Source of the DNA: a virus
Lineage: Duplodnaviria > Heunggongvirae > Uroviricota > Caudoviricetes
Length of the DNA stretch: 64,000 bases
Reading direction: 5' to 3' (one strand)
IMG/VR virus record: IMGVR_UViG_3300045988_005753
Part shown: positions 16,305 through 25,297 of the stretch, piece after piece
Layout: the number at the start of each line of letters is the position of its first letter
Numbering within the stretch: position 1 is the stretch's first letter
Made by a program: the position numbers and the translations under genes
The notes under the pieces: model-generated
What the model was told of the DNA's origin: nothing
Seen by the model: the letters and a program-made list of their open reading frames with translations, nothing else
Databases searched by the model: none

Positions 16305-16383
16305 GCTCCATTACTCCAATTGGCAGAGAGGCCAGACTTAAAATCTGTGTTATGTATCGGTTCGAATCCGATATGGAGTACCA
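16305..16383 (+). tRNA. tRNA with anticodon UAA (Leu-type) but a short variable arm
   Basis: acceptor GCTCCAT/ATGGAGT, D-loop AATTGGCAGAG (Leu-like), loop CTTAAAA, T-arm ATCGG-TTCGAAT-CCGAT, A73, CCA. Confidence 0.6.
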
Positions 16384-16388
16384 AATTT

Positions 16389-16464
16389 AGCGGTATAGCA
16401 TAACTGGCAATGCAGCAGTCTCTGAAGCTGTCTTATTAAGGTTCAAATCCTTATGCCGCTGCCA
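16389..16464 (+). tRNA. tRNA-Gln (CUG)
   Basis: acceptor AGCGGTA/TGCCGCT, anticodon stem GCAGT/GCTGT, loop CTCTGAA, CCA. Confidence 0.65.
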
Positions 16465-16465
16465 C

Positions 16466-16495
16466 TTCTAAGGATTCTTACGAGAGTCCTTAAAT
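16466..16495 (+). other. conserved hairpin (stem TAAGGA/TCCTTA, loop TTCTTACGAGAG)
   Basis: member of the TTCTTACGAG-loop hairpin family. Confidence 0.45.
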
Positions 16496-16571
16496 GTGGC
16501 CTTATCATAAATGGTAATGACCCATGCTGTGAACATGGTCTATACGGGTTCAAATCCCGTAGGTCACCCCA
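16496..16571 (+). tRNA. tRNA-His (GUG)
   Basis: acceptor GTGGCCT/AGGTCAC, D-stem TCAT/ATGA, anticodon stem CCATG/CATGG, loop CTGTGAA, CCA. Confidence 0.75.
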
Positions 16572-16576
16572 ATTTA

Positions 16577-16653
16577 TAGTCCAAGTAGCTTATATGGTTA
16601 AAGCGCGTGTCTGAAAAACATGAGAAGAGGGTTCAAATCCCACTGGACTACCA
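16577..16653 (+). tRNA. tRNA-Phe (GAA)
   Basis: acceptor TAGTCCA/TGGACTA, anticodon stem CGTGT/ACATG, loop CTGAAAA, T-loop TTCAAAT, CCA; 5' end uncertain by 1 nt. Confidence 0.65.
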
Positions 16654-16669
16654 ATTTCAAAGGTGCTTA

Positions 16670-17404
16670 ATGAAAGAGATGACAGAACAAGGTAAGGAGA
16701 TTTTTAATCTCTTAAAAACTGGTAAAGGGTTTTCTAACCCCCTTATTACTGGTGCAGCAGTTCTCGGTGGAACCGTAGCTGCCTCCACATCACTTGTAAG
16801 CTCTATTAGTTCTGTATCAGACCCTACAGTAAAAGATAAGCTTGTTGCTGCTGGACTTACAACAGTTCTGCTTAACAGCTTTACCACGAGTCTGACAAGC
16901 ACTACATCAACTACCAAAACACTGACAGATTACGGTCAAAAGTCCATTGATGAGTTTTCATCACGTATGCAGGTAGCAAAAGGTTATTCTAATGTTATGG
17001 GTGCAGCAGGTGAACAAGTTGGCTGTACACCATTTAGTGGTATTATGGGTGTTGCTACAGAGTATGGTCAAAAAGCTATTGATACGATTAACAGTGCACT
17101 AGACGGTGTTAATGATGTATTAAGTGATTTACAAGACGCTATTGACAAAGGTCTTGATACTATTTCTGATTTAGCTAACCAAGCTGTTAGTAAGATTAAT
17201 GAAGGTATCTCGAAGATTACAGCTTATGCAGATGAAGTTGTGCAGATGATTGAAGAAGAAGCTGCCCTTATTGCAGAGTACCTTAAAACGAATATCAATG
17301 GGTTCTTAGCAGGTATCTTACCAGACTGGTTTGATGATGCTTGTAAAACTGGTGTAATTGACACTATTGCAACACCAGAAATGAAGAACGCATTACAGAA
17401 ATAA
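16670..17404 (+). CDS. hypothetical Ser/Thr-rich protein
   Basis: track ORF starts inside tRNA-Phe; first ATG downstream of the tRNA (16670) has an AAAGGTG RBS. Confidence 0.5.
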   Translation: MKEMTEQGKEIFNLLKTGKGFSNPLITGAAVLGGTVAASTSLVSSISSVSDPTVKDKLVAAGLTTVLLNSFTTSLTSTTSTTKTLTDYGQKSIDEFSSRMQVAKGYSNVMGAAGEQVGCTPFSGIMGVATEYGQKAIDTINSALDGVNDVLSDLQDAIDKGLDTISDLANQAVSKINEGISKITAYADEVVQMIEEEAALIAEYLKTNINGFLAGILPDWFDDACKTGVIDTIATPEMKNALQK

Positions 17405-17405
17405 T

Positions 17406-17498
17406 GGAAGATTAACCCTAAAAGGTAAGGGAGCAGTTTGCTAAACTGCCAGTAGCTGAGAAATCGGTGTACCAGTTCAAGTCTGGTATCTTCCTCCA
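17406..17498 (+). tRNA. tRNA-Ser (GCU), long variable arm
   Basis: 93 nt; acceptor GGAAGAT/ATCTTCC, anticodon stem GCAGT/ACTGC, loop TTGCTAA, T-arm ACCAG-TTCAAGT-CTGGT, CCA. Confidence 0.7.
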
Positions 17499-17502
17499 AT
17501 TT

Positions 17503-17578
17503 GAATCCGTGACAGAAATGGCTATGTGCCTGTCTGCAAAACAGGTTTATAAGGGTTCGAGTCCCTTCGGATTCTCCA
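17503..17578 (+). tRNA. tRNA-Cys (GCA)
   Basis: acceptor GAATCCG/CGGATTC, anticodon stem CCTGT/ACAGG, loop CTGCAAA, T-arm AAGGG-TTCGAGT-CCCTT, CCA. Confidence 0.75.
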
Positions 17579-17615
17579 AGTTATTTTACTCTCTCTCAAT
17601 TAAAATAATAATAAT

Positions 17616-17676
17616 GCCCTGCTATCAGTATTCTTCCTTTCGCTACCGAAGAGTATTTTTAGACAGGGCTTTTTTA
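17616..17676 (+). terminator. terminator-like structure after the tRNA array
   Basis: GCCCTG ... CAGGGC stem around a structured loop, followed by TTTTTT. Confidence 0.5.
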
Positions 17677-17730
17677 CAGAGTTATACTTTATAAGAAGCC
17701 TTATACAGTATGTCTCTGACGTACATTGTG

Positions 17731-17755
17731 GTTTCTCCTTGACGGTCTCTGTACC
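17731..17755 (+). terminator. rho-independent terminator
   Basis: GACGGT-CTCTGT-ACCGTC followed by TTTTTT. Confidence 0.6.
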
Positions 17756-17800
17756 GTCTTTTTTAAGGGGAAACATGATTAACTATTTGGAGAAAACATA

Positions 17801-18001
17801 ATGAGCGAGACCGTTTATAAAGAACTTTATGAAGCTAATAAGAAGCTAGAATTTATGCAGAATACTATCATGGCAATTGCAGACAGATTGTCTGTAGCAA
17901 CAGGTATTGATATTAAAGAAGCATCTATGGATGCACTTCTTGATGCTGTTGATGCAAAGTTCGAAGTTAAGAAAGAAGAGACTGCTACAGACTCTGAATA
18001 A
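17801..18001 (+). CDS. small hypothetical protein upstream of the large terminase
   Basis: ATG with GGAGAAAA RBS; 66 aa. Confidence 0.5.
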   Translation: MSETVYKELYEANKKLEFMQNTIMAIADRLSVATGIDIKEASMDALLDAVDAKFEVKKEETATDSE

Positions 18002-18022
18002 TTCTATTTGCGGAGGCGCTTA

Positions 18023-19624
18023 ATGGACTTAAATGCTGTTAAGCAGAAGCGAGTGGAAGATGTTAGGAAAGTCCTAGCTGGAGAGTTGGGGCTTTCTGAT
18101 GAAGTAAAAGAAATTATTAAATCATTCGGTAAAGACCCCTCTAAATTCCTTCCAACTCAAATTCTGACTTTATTAAGATACACACCAGACCAAGTTCGCC
18201 TTATCTTTAAATTGATGACTGATAAGAATTATGTAGCCCCTCAGCCGGGTTCTCAAGAGGTCTTTTTAAATACTAATGCTGACTTGGTTCTTTATGGTGG
18301 TGCTGCTGGTGCTGGTAAAACTGCTGCATTGTTAATGGACTCTCTAAGATTTATTGAAGACCCTAACTATAATGCTGTATATTTCCGTCGAAATACAACA
18401 CAGCTACAAGGTGGTTTATGGCCTGCTGCAAAGAAACTATTTGGTAAGTTTGGTGGGATTCCTCACGAGCAGAAAATGACTATCACATTCCCTTCTGGGG
18501 CAACTATCAAGTTTACCTACCTAGAACTTGAAAAGCACGCTGAAGGTCATCAGGGTATTGAGTATTCAGCCATTTACTTTGACGAAGGTACACACTTCTC
18601 CGCTTCACAGATTTCATACCTACAAACCCGTCTACGTTCTGGTGCTGAAGGTGATTCATACATGAAGATTTCCATGAACCCAGACAGAGACCACTTTATT
18701 TATGATTGGGTGGAGCCATTCTTAGATGAAGAAGGCTATCCAGACCCTGAAAAGTGTGGTCGTATTCGTTGGTATGTAATGAATGATGGTGTGATGGTTT
18801 CTGATTGGGAGAGAGACAAGATTCTTGAAATGTTCCCTCTTGAGATTCCTCAAACATACACCTTTATCTCTGGTACGATTGATGATAACCCAATCCTTGA
18901 CTTCTTAGAGCCTAAGTACCGTGGTAAGTTGGAAAACAACACCCCTGTAAACGTTGCAAGACTTCGTTTCGGTAACTGGAAGGCTCGTGCAGAAGGTTCA
19001 AACTATTGGCAAAGACAATGGTGTGAAATTGTTGATTCACTCCCAGAAGATGTATTTGATGTTAGAGCATGGGACTTAGCAGCAACTTTACCATCTGAGG
19101 TTAACCCTAATCCAGACTGGACAGCAGGTGTTAAGATGGGTAAATCTAAAAAAGACGGTTGCTATTATATCATTGATGTAGTAAGATTTAGAGATAGACC
19201 CTCTGGAGTCGAAACACAAATTAATTTGACTGCTGAAAGTGACGGTAAGCGAACTGGTATTTTTATCCCTCAAGACCCAGGCGCTGCTGGTAAATCCTAC
19301 GCAACATCCCTCATCAGGAAACTTGCCGAGAAAGGTTATCGAGCAAGAGCCAAACCAACAAATAAAGATAAAGTTACCCGCTTTGCGGGATTTTCTGCTG
19401 CTTCTGAAGCTGGACTTGTAAAAGTCTTGAGAGGTAGTTGGAATGAAGCTTACTTTCAAGAACTTGAAGGCTTTTGTGGTGATGGTAAAACTAAAGATGA
19501 CCAAGTGGATGCTACCAGTGATGCTTTCAACAGTCTTAACGAAGTTAAATTATTCAAGCCACCATCAATGGGTGCTCACACAGATTTAGTGAGAGGAAAC
19601 CCATATGAGGGGCTTAGACGTTGA
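18023..19624 (+). CDS. terminase large subunit
   Basis: Walker A LVLYGGAAGAGKTAAL near the N-terminus; track ORF starts on TTG at 18008, ATG at 18023 has a GGAGG RBS. Confidence 0.85.
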   Translation: MDLNAVKQKRVEDVRKVLAGELGLSDEVKEIIKSFGKDPSKFLPTQILTLLRYTPDQVRLIFKLMTDKNYVAPQPGSQEVFLNTNADLVLYGGAAGAGKTAALLMDSLRFIEDPNYNAVYFRRNTTQLQGGLWPAAKKLFGKFGGIPHEQKMTITFPSGATIKFTYLELEKHAEGHQGIEYSAIYFDEGTHFSASQISYLQTRLRSGAEGDSYMKISMNPDRDHFIYDWVEPFLDEEGYPDPEKCGRIRWYVMNDGVMVSDWERDKILEMFPLEIPQTYTFISGTIDDNPILDFLEPKYRGKLENNTPVNVARLRFGNWKARAEGSNYWQRQWCEIVDSLPEDVFDVRAWDLAATLPSEVNPNPDWTAGVKMGKSKKDGCYYIIDVVRFRDRPSGVETQINLTAESDGKRTGIFIPQDPGAAGKSYATSLIRKLAEKGYRARAKPTNKDKVTRFAGFSAASEAGLVKVLRGSWNEAYFQELEGFCGDGKTKDDQVDATSDAFNSLNEVKLFKPPSMGAHTDLVRGNPYEGLRR

Positions 19625-19640
19625 TAGCTAGGTGAGAAGA

Positions 19641-21107
19641 ATGGCAGATATTACAGAAACACAAGAAAGCTTACCACCATTTAGAATGGGTGAAGTAGGT
19701 TCTTTGGGTCTGAAGGTTAAGAATGGAAGAATCTATGAAGAACCTCGTCAGGCACTAAGGTTCCCTGAAAGTATTAAAACTTTCCAATTAATGATGCGTG
19801 ACCCTGCTGTAGCAGCATCTGTAAATATTATTAAGATGTTTGTCAGAAAAGTCAACTGGAGATTTGTACCTCCAAAGGGAAAAGAGCAAGACCCTAAAAT
19901 GCTTGAAAGAGCAGACTTCTTTAATTCTTTAATGGATGACATGGAGCATGATTGGGCAGATTTTATTAATTCTGTAATGTCATTCTGCACTTATGGGTTC
20001 TGTGTTAACGAGAAAGTTTATAAGAAGCGTCAGGGTAAAAAAGGAAAGTACCAGTCTAAATTTGATGACGGTTTAATTGGATGGGCTAAATTACCAATCA
20101 GAAACCAGTCAACGCTTGATAAGTGGTATTTTGACGAAGACTTTAGAAAAGTTACTGGTGTCAGACAAAATCTGAGAAATGTTTCACATATTGCTGGAGC
20201 AATTAATCTCGGAGAAAGACCACTAACAAGAAAACTTCCACGAGCTAAATTCATGCTGTTCAAGTATGACGATGAATATGGAAATCCAGAAGGTCGTTCA
20301 CCATTACTTAATGCTTATGTACCGTGGAAGTATAAAGTACAGATTGAAGAGTATGAAGCTGTTGGTGTTTCAAGAGACTTGGTAGGTATGCCAAAGATTG
20401 GTTTACCACCAGATTATCTGGATGAAAATGCAGAACCTGAAAAGAAAGCTTTCGTACAATACTGCAAAACTGTTGTCAATGACATGATTGCTAATGACAG
20501 AGCAGGTTTAATCTGGCCTAGATATATTGACCCAGACACTAAAGAGGATATTTTTGAGTTCTCATTAGTTTCTAGACAGGGTGCTAAAGCATACGATACA
20601 GGTTCTATTATTGACAGATATTCCAAGCAGATTATGATGGCATTTATGTCAGATGTTCTTGCTATGGGTCAGTCAAAATACGGTTCATTCTCTCTTGCAG
20701 ATTCTAAGACAAGCTTACTAGCGATGTCAGTAGATATTCTGCTGAAGCAAATTAAGAACGTAATTAACCGTGATTTAGTTGCACAGACTTATGCTCTTAA
20801 TATGTGGGATGATGAAGAACATGTACAAATCACATATGATGATATCGAAACTCCAGACCTTGAAGCAATTGGTTCTTATATTCAGAAGACTGTTGCAGTA
20901 GGTGCTTTGGAAGTTGACAAAGAGCTATCTAACAAGCTTAGAGAGCATATTGGTCTTCCTCCTGCTGATGAGTCTCAGCCAGTATCTGAAAAGCTTTCTC
21001 CAAATAGCCAAAGCCGTTCAGGAGATGGTTATAAGACCGCTGGAGAAGGTACTGCAAAGACACCTTCAGCGAAAGACCCAAGCACAGCAAATAAGGCAAA
21101 TAAATAA
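19641..21107 (+). CDS. portal protein (by position and size)
   Basis: about 490-aa ORF directly after the terminase; track ORF starts on GTG at 19632, ATG at 19641 has an AGGTGA RBS. Confidence 0.65.
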   Translation: MADITETQESLPPFRMGEVGSLGLKVKNGRIYEEPRQALRFPESIKTFQLMMRDPAVAASVNIIKMFVRKVNWRFVPPKGKEQDPKMLERADFFNSLMDDMEHDWADFINSVMSFCTYGFCVNEKVYKKRQGKKGKYQSKFDDGLIGWAKLPIRNQSTLDKWYFDEDFRKVTGVRQNLRNVSHIAGAINLGERPLTRKLPRAKFMLFKYDDEYGNPEGRSPLLNAYVPWKYKVQIEEYEAVGVSRDLVGMPKIGLPPDYLDENAEPEKKAFVQYCKTVVNDMIANDRAGLIWPRYIDPDTKEDIFEFSLVSRQGAKAYDTGSIIDRYSKQIMMAFMSDVLAMGQSKYGSFSLADSKTSLLAMSVDILLKQIKNVINRDLVAQTYALNMWDDEEHVQITYDDIETPDLEAIGSYIQKTVAVGALEVDKELSNKLREHIGLPPADESQPVSEKLSPNSQSRSGDGYKTAGEGTAKTPSAKDPSTANKANK

Positions 21108-21607
21108 TGGCTGAAGTTATCTCTATTTCAAATGCTACACGGGTGCATTCGTATAGAGGTGTTCTTATCATCACTGACAAGTTATCTGTAGAGGCTGGCT
21201 CAAGGGTCAGCCTTTCAGGTTATGTAAGTGATGGTGGAGCCTCTGACGTTTTCACTATTTGTAGGTTACTTGATGCACCAATGAGTGGAAAACCGTTTAT
21301 TTCAGGAAATTGTAGTGAAATTGTTAAAATTCCATTTGACAGTTCATGCCTTTTGGGTGTAAAGTTATATAACTGCGAGAATAAACGTATCAATGTTAAT
21401 AGCATTGAAGCCGCTTTCATTACCCTCGACACTGCATTTCAATCTCCAATGACAGTTAATAAAGAAACAAACAGACTTGAATACATTTTTTCACAAAATG
21501 ATTACAAAGTACTTGTCAAAGGCAAAGTATATGATATGATTGTAAATGTGGTAGATGAATCTGGTAACCATTCAACAGTCCTTAAACAAAAAGTAAGGTT
21601 TAATTAA
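21107..21607 (+). CDS. hypothetical head-module protein
   Basis: start overlaps the portal stop (TAATG); 166 aa. Confidence 0.5.
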   Translation: MAEVISISNATRVHSYRGVLIITDKLSVEAGSRVSLSGYVSDGGASDVFTICRLLDAPMSGKPFISGNCSEIVKIPFDSSCLLGVKLYNCENKRINVNSIEAAFITLDTAFQSPMTVNKETNRLEYIFSQNDYKVLVKGKVYDMIVNVVDESGNHSTVLKQKVRFN

Positions 21608-21939
21608 TGGGAACATTAACTATTGATGGTAAGAACAAAATCCTCGCCACGCTAACCCCAACGACTATTATTTTACACAATGTAGACCCAACGGCAGACC
21701 CTACAGCAAATAAGGTTACTCAGCCAGTGGCTATTTATTTTTCTGAACCGGATAATGGCTTAATTGCCTCAGAAGACACAGTTAATATCACTGTTCCAGC
21801 TTCTGCAACGGTCTCACACTATAGCTTGTGGGATGCTAACGATAAATGCGTGGCAACTGGTGCTCTTAGCAAACCTCAATTCTTTGCTGAAGAAGGTATC
21901 TATGTTATCTCTTCAGTCTCTGTAGATTTAAACAAATAG
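21607..21939 (+). CDS. hypothetical head-module protein
   Basis: 110 aa, translationally coupled. Confidence 0.5.
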   Translation: MGTLTIDGKNKILATLTPTTIILHNVDPTADPTANKVTQPVAIYFSEPDNGLIASEDTVNITVPASATVSHYSLWDANDKCVATGALSKPQFFAEEGIYVISSVSVDLNK

Positions 21940-21950
21940 GGTGAGTAAAA

Positions 21951-23297
21951 ATGAGTTCGAATATCTTCAGACTTGCTGATAGATTATTCAACCAACCTTT
22001 ACTAGCCACTGAATCATTAGCTCACTCAGCAGCAACTTATGTGAATAACAGATTGCTGGGTGATGTCCAAGCAGCAGTAAACTTTGATAAACCCAAAGGT
22101 GACGCAAGAAGTCTTTTAAAAGTAAAAGATGACATTGCTATTATCCCTATTATGGGTGGCTTAACCCATCGTATGACATTCATTGATGCAATGTGTACAG
22201 GTGGATTAAGCTCTTATGAGGGTTTACGTAGAGGCTTTGACGAAGCTTTAGCAGATGAGTCAATTAAGACTATTGTTCTGCATATTGATTCTGGTGGTGG
22301 TGAAGCTTCAGGTTGCTTTGAATTAGCACGTCACATCATGGCTTCAAGAGGCCAAAAGAAAATTATTGCTTATGTAGATGAGTTCGCTTGTTCCGCTGCA
22401 TATGCTCTTGCATCTTCTGCTGAAGAAATTATTGCATCACCAGATGCAGATGTTGGTTCTATTGGTGTAATCATGGTTCATCAGGAATTAACTAAGGCAT
22501 TTGAAAAGAATGGCGTAACAATTAACGTCATCAAAGCTGGTGAGTTTAAAGGTATGGGTTCACCATTCCAAGCACTTTCAGAAGAAAGCAAAGAAAGACT
22601 TCAAAAGAGAATTAATGATACCTACGCAACCTTTACAGGTTTTGTAGCTGAAGCTCGTAATATCTCTGAAGAAGCTGTAAAGAATACTGAGGCGAATGTT
22701 TATTCTGCTCAGGAAGCTCTTGAACTTGGTTTAATTAACTCAATCATGTCTCAAGATGATTTCTTAAATTACTTACAAGGTTCTGAAGAGGCTCCTGTAA
22801 GTTTAAACGTTAACAATTCAGGTGAAGAAATGACTGAACAAGAAAAGCAAGAACTAGAAGCTTTGCGTCTTCAGGTTGCTCAAATGAAAGCTAAAGAACA
22901 GGAAGCTGCTTTGTCAGATTTGACTAATAAGATTTCTGCTTCTGCTGAAGCTTTTGGATTTGATGCAAAAGAAGCTGCAACGACTATTTTAGGTGCTGGT
23001 CTTGATAACCCTCTAAGTGTTCTGTTTATGAATGCTATGGAAGGTGCTAACCAGAAACTTAATGAAACTATCGCGTCCCATGCTTCTGCAATGGAAGAAA
23101 AAGAATCAGAAATTACCAAGCTGAAAGAAACTGCTGGTGCTGTTCTTGAACATTCTAACGCTATGGAAGAAGTGGGTAATGACGGCGAAGCTGATTTGGT
23201 TGAAGAAGAAAAAGAACCAGCTAAGAATGCTTCCGAAGACACCGCTGAACAACGCAAACTGGCTCTCCAGAATGCTCTAAAATCTCTTATCAAATAA
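21951..23297 (+). CDS. prohead protease (S49/SppA-ClpP-like) with Ala/Glu-rich scaffold-like C-terminal domain
   Basis: motifs IIPIMGG, HIDSGGGEASG, YVDEFACSAAYALAS; C-terminal coiled-coil-like region. Confidence 0.75.
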   Translation: MSSNIFRLADRLFNQPLLATESLAHSAATYVNNRLLGDVQAAVNFDKPKGDARSLLKVKDDIAIIPIMGGLTHRMTFIDAMCTGGLSSYEGLRRGFDEALADESIKTIVLHIDSGGGEASGCFELARHIMASRGQKKIIAYVDEFACSAAYALASSAEEIIASPDADVGSIGVIMVHQELTKAFEKNGVTINVIKAGEFKGMGSPFQALSEESKERLQKRINDTYATFTGFVAEARNISEEAVKNTEANVYSAQEALELGLINSIMSQDDFLNYLQGSEEAPVSLNVNNSGEEMTEQEKQELEALRLQVAQMKAKEQEAALSDLTNKISASAEAFGFDAKEAATTILGAGLDNPLSVLFMNAMEGANQKLNETIASHASAMEEKESEITKLKETAGAVLEHSNAMEEVGNDGEADLVEEEKEPAKNASEDTAEQRKLALQNALKSLIK

Positions 23298-23308
23298 GGA
23301 ACACAATA

Positions 23309-23686
23309 ATGGCATATCAAGGTTTTACTAAGTTAGGTAACAGAGAACCTCTGAATGATATCATTCTTTGGGAACAGGTTACACCAACAGGCCACTCTCG
23401 TAAAGAGTATACCCCACAGGCATCTACAGAGTATCGTGTAGGTGAAGTTCTGAAAGCAAACGGTACTAAGGTACAAGCTGGAGAAGAATCTCAAGCAGAC
23501 TCTGTATGTATCGTTAATTTCTACGCAGACCTGCAACTGTCTTACCACGGTCAGTTGAAAGTTGTTGGTATTTACCGCGACGCAGAGCTAAAAGACCTGC
23601 TAACTCTTGAATCAAGCGTTGATGCTACTGAAGTCAAGAAAGCTCTGGCTGCTAAAGGTATTGATTTCGTACCAACTGGCCTGTAA
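23309..23686 (+). CDS. head decoration-like protein (by position, lambda gpD-like)
   Basis: 125-aa ORF between protease and major capsid gene. Confidence 0.45.
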   Translation: MAYQGFTKLGNREPLNDIILWEQVTPTGHSRKEYTPQASTEYRVGEVLKANGTKVQAGEESQADSVCIVNFYADLQLSYHGQLKVVGIYRDAELKDLLTLESSVDATEVKKALAAKGIDFVPTGL

Positions 23687-23719
23687 TAACAATAATAAGA
23701 CATTCTGGAGAATTTTACA

Positions 23720-24826
23720 ATGTTGACTAATTCTGAAAAAAGCAGATTTTTCCTTGCTGACCTGACTGGTGAAGTCCAGTCTATCCCAAATACTTATGGG
23801 TATATTTCCAACTTAGGTCTGTTCCGTTCAGCACCAATCACCCAAACTACTTTCCTTATGGACTTGACTGATTGGGATGTTAGCTTGCTTGATGCGGTAG
23901 ACCGTGATAGCCGTAAAGCAGAGACTAGCGCACCTGAGCGTGTTCGTCAAATCAGCTTCCCAATGATGTACTTCAAAGAAGTTGAAAGCATTACTCCTGA
24001 TGAAATTCAGGGTGTACGTCAGCCAGGCACTGCAAACGAACTGACTACTGAAGCTGTAGTACGTGCTAAGAAGCTGATGAAGATTCGTACCAAGTTCGAT
24101 ATTACTCGTGAGTTCCTGTTTATGCAAGCTCTGAAGGGTAAAGTTGTTGATGCTCGTGGTACTCTGTATGCTGACCTGTACAAGCAGTTCGACGTTGAGA
24201 AGAAGACTGTTTACTTCGACCTTGACAACCCTAATGCTGACATCGACGCTTCTATTGAAGAACTGCGTATGCACATGGAAGACGAAGCTAAGACTGGCAC
24301 TGTAATCAACGGTGAAGAAATTCACGTAGTTGTTGACCGCTTATTCTTCAGCAAACTGGTTAAACACCCTAAGATTCGTGACGCTTATCTTGCACAGCAG
24401 ACTCCGCTGGCTTGGCAACAGATTACTGGTTCTCTGAGAACTGGTGGTACTGACGGCGTTCAGGCTCACATGAACACTTTCTACTACGGTGGTGTTAAGT
24501 TTGTCCAGTACAACGGTAAGTTCAAAGACAAGCGTGGTAAGGTTCACACTCTGGTGAGCATTGATAGTGTAGCAGCAACTGTTGGTGTAGGTCATGCTTT
24601 CCCTAACGTTTCTATGCTGGGTGAAGCTAACAACATCTTCGAAGTGGCATATGGTCCATGCCCTAAGATGGGTTATGCAAATACACTTGGTCAGGAACTG
24701 TACGTATTCGAATACGAAAAAGACCGTGACGAAGGTATTGACTTTGAAGCTCACTCTTACATGCTGCCATACTGCACACGTCCTCAGTTGCTGGTAGACG
24801 TTCGTTCTGACGCTAAACCAGACTAA
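23720..24826 (+). CDS. major capsid protein
   Basis: 368-aa ORF after protease and decoration genes, followed by a strong AAGGAGG RBS for the next gene. Confidence 0.7.
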   Translation: MLTNSEKSRFFLADLTGEVQSIPNTYGYISNLGLFRSAPITQTTFLMDLTDWDVSLLDAVDRDSRKAETSAPERVRQISFPMMYFKEVESITPDEIQGVRQPGTANELTTEAVVRAKKLMKIRTKFDITREFLFMQALKGKVVDARGTLYADLYKQFDVEKKTVYFDLDNPNADIDASIEELRMHMEDEAKTGTVINGEEIHVVVDRLFFSKLVKHPKIRDAYLAQQTPLAWQQITGSLRTGGTDGVQAHMNTFYYGGVKFVQYNGKFKDKRGKVHTLVSIDSVAATVGVGHAFPNVSMLGEANNIFEVAYGPCPKMGYANTLGQELYVFEYEKDRDEGIDFEAHSYMLPYCTRPQLLVDVRSDAKPD

Positions 24827-24847
24827 TATTCTTAAGGAGGGTTATGA

Positions 24848-25297
24848 ATGTGCTATACAGGCGACCCAGCCAATAACCCTCTTGATAGAGTAAGAATCCT
24901 CTGCACAGACACCAATAATGATGAAATTCTTATTGAGCAGTCTGTGCTAGAGTGGTTCTATCTAGAATCTGGAAAGGATGAAAAGAAAGCAGCCATCAAA
25001 GCTCTTAAATATTTACTCTTTCAAGTAGCCAAGATGGGAGATGAGAAGGTTGGTGGTGTTTATTTACGTAACTCTTCCAGATTCAAATCTCTGAAAGCTG
25101 TTTATGACGACCTTGTTAAAAGCTCTGTTTCAGGACTACCCTATGCAGGTGGTATTAATCAGTGCGACATTGATATGCGTCGTCAAAATCCTTGCTCTGT
25201 CAAGAAATACACAGAATATGGTGATGCTGCCAGATACGAAGGCAGAGATTACTGCAACCGTGTTAATGGCGTATTTATTATCGAGCGAGATGAATAA
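24848..25297 (+). CDS. head completion / connector protein (positional)
   Basis: AAGGAGGG RBS; 149 aa. Confidence 0.5.
   Translation: MCYTGDPANNPLDRVRILCTDTNNDEILIEQSVLEWFYLESGKDEKKAAIKALKYLLFQVAKMGDEKVGGVYLRNSSRFKSLKAVYDDLVKSSVSGLPYAGGINQCDIDMRRQNPCSVKKYTEYGDAARYEGRDYCNRVNGVFIIERDE

Noticed and set aside
17224-17694. ORFs 17224-17499 (minus) and 17467-17694 (plus)
   Set aside because: Both run through tRNA-Ser(GCU), tRNA-Cys and the downstream terminator.
18008-19632. Longer track starts for terminase (18008), portal (19632) and primase-helicase (54144)
   Set aside because: These begin on TTG or GTG without an RBS; nearby in-frame ATGs with good Shine-Dalgarno sequences were preferred.
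22880-24797. Antisense and alternate-frame ORFs within protease and capsid genes (22880-23320, 23333-23548, 23828-24325, 24341-24754, 24594-24797)
   Set aside because: Overlap strongly supported structural genes; low-complexity translations; no RBS.
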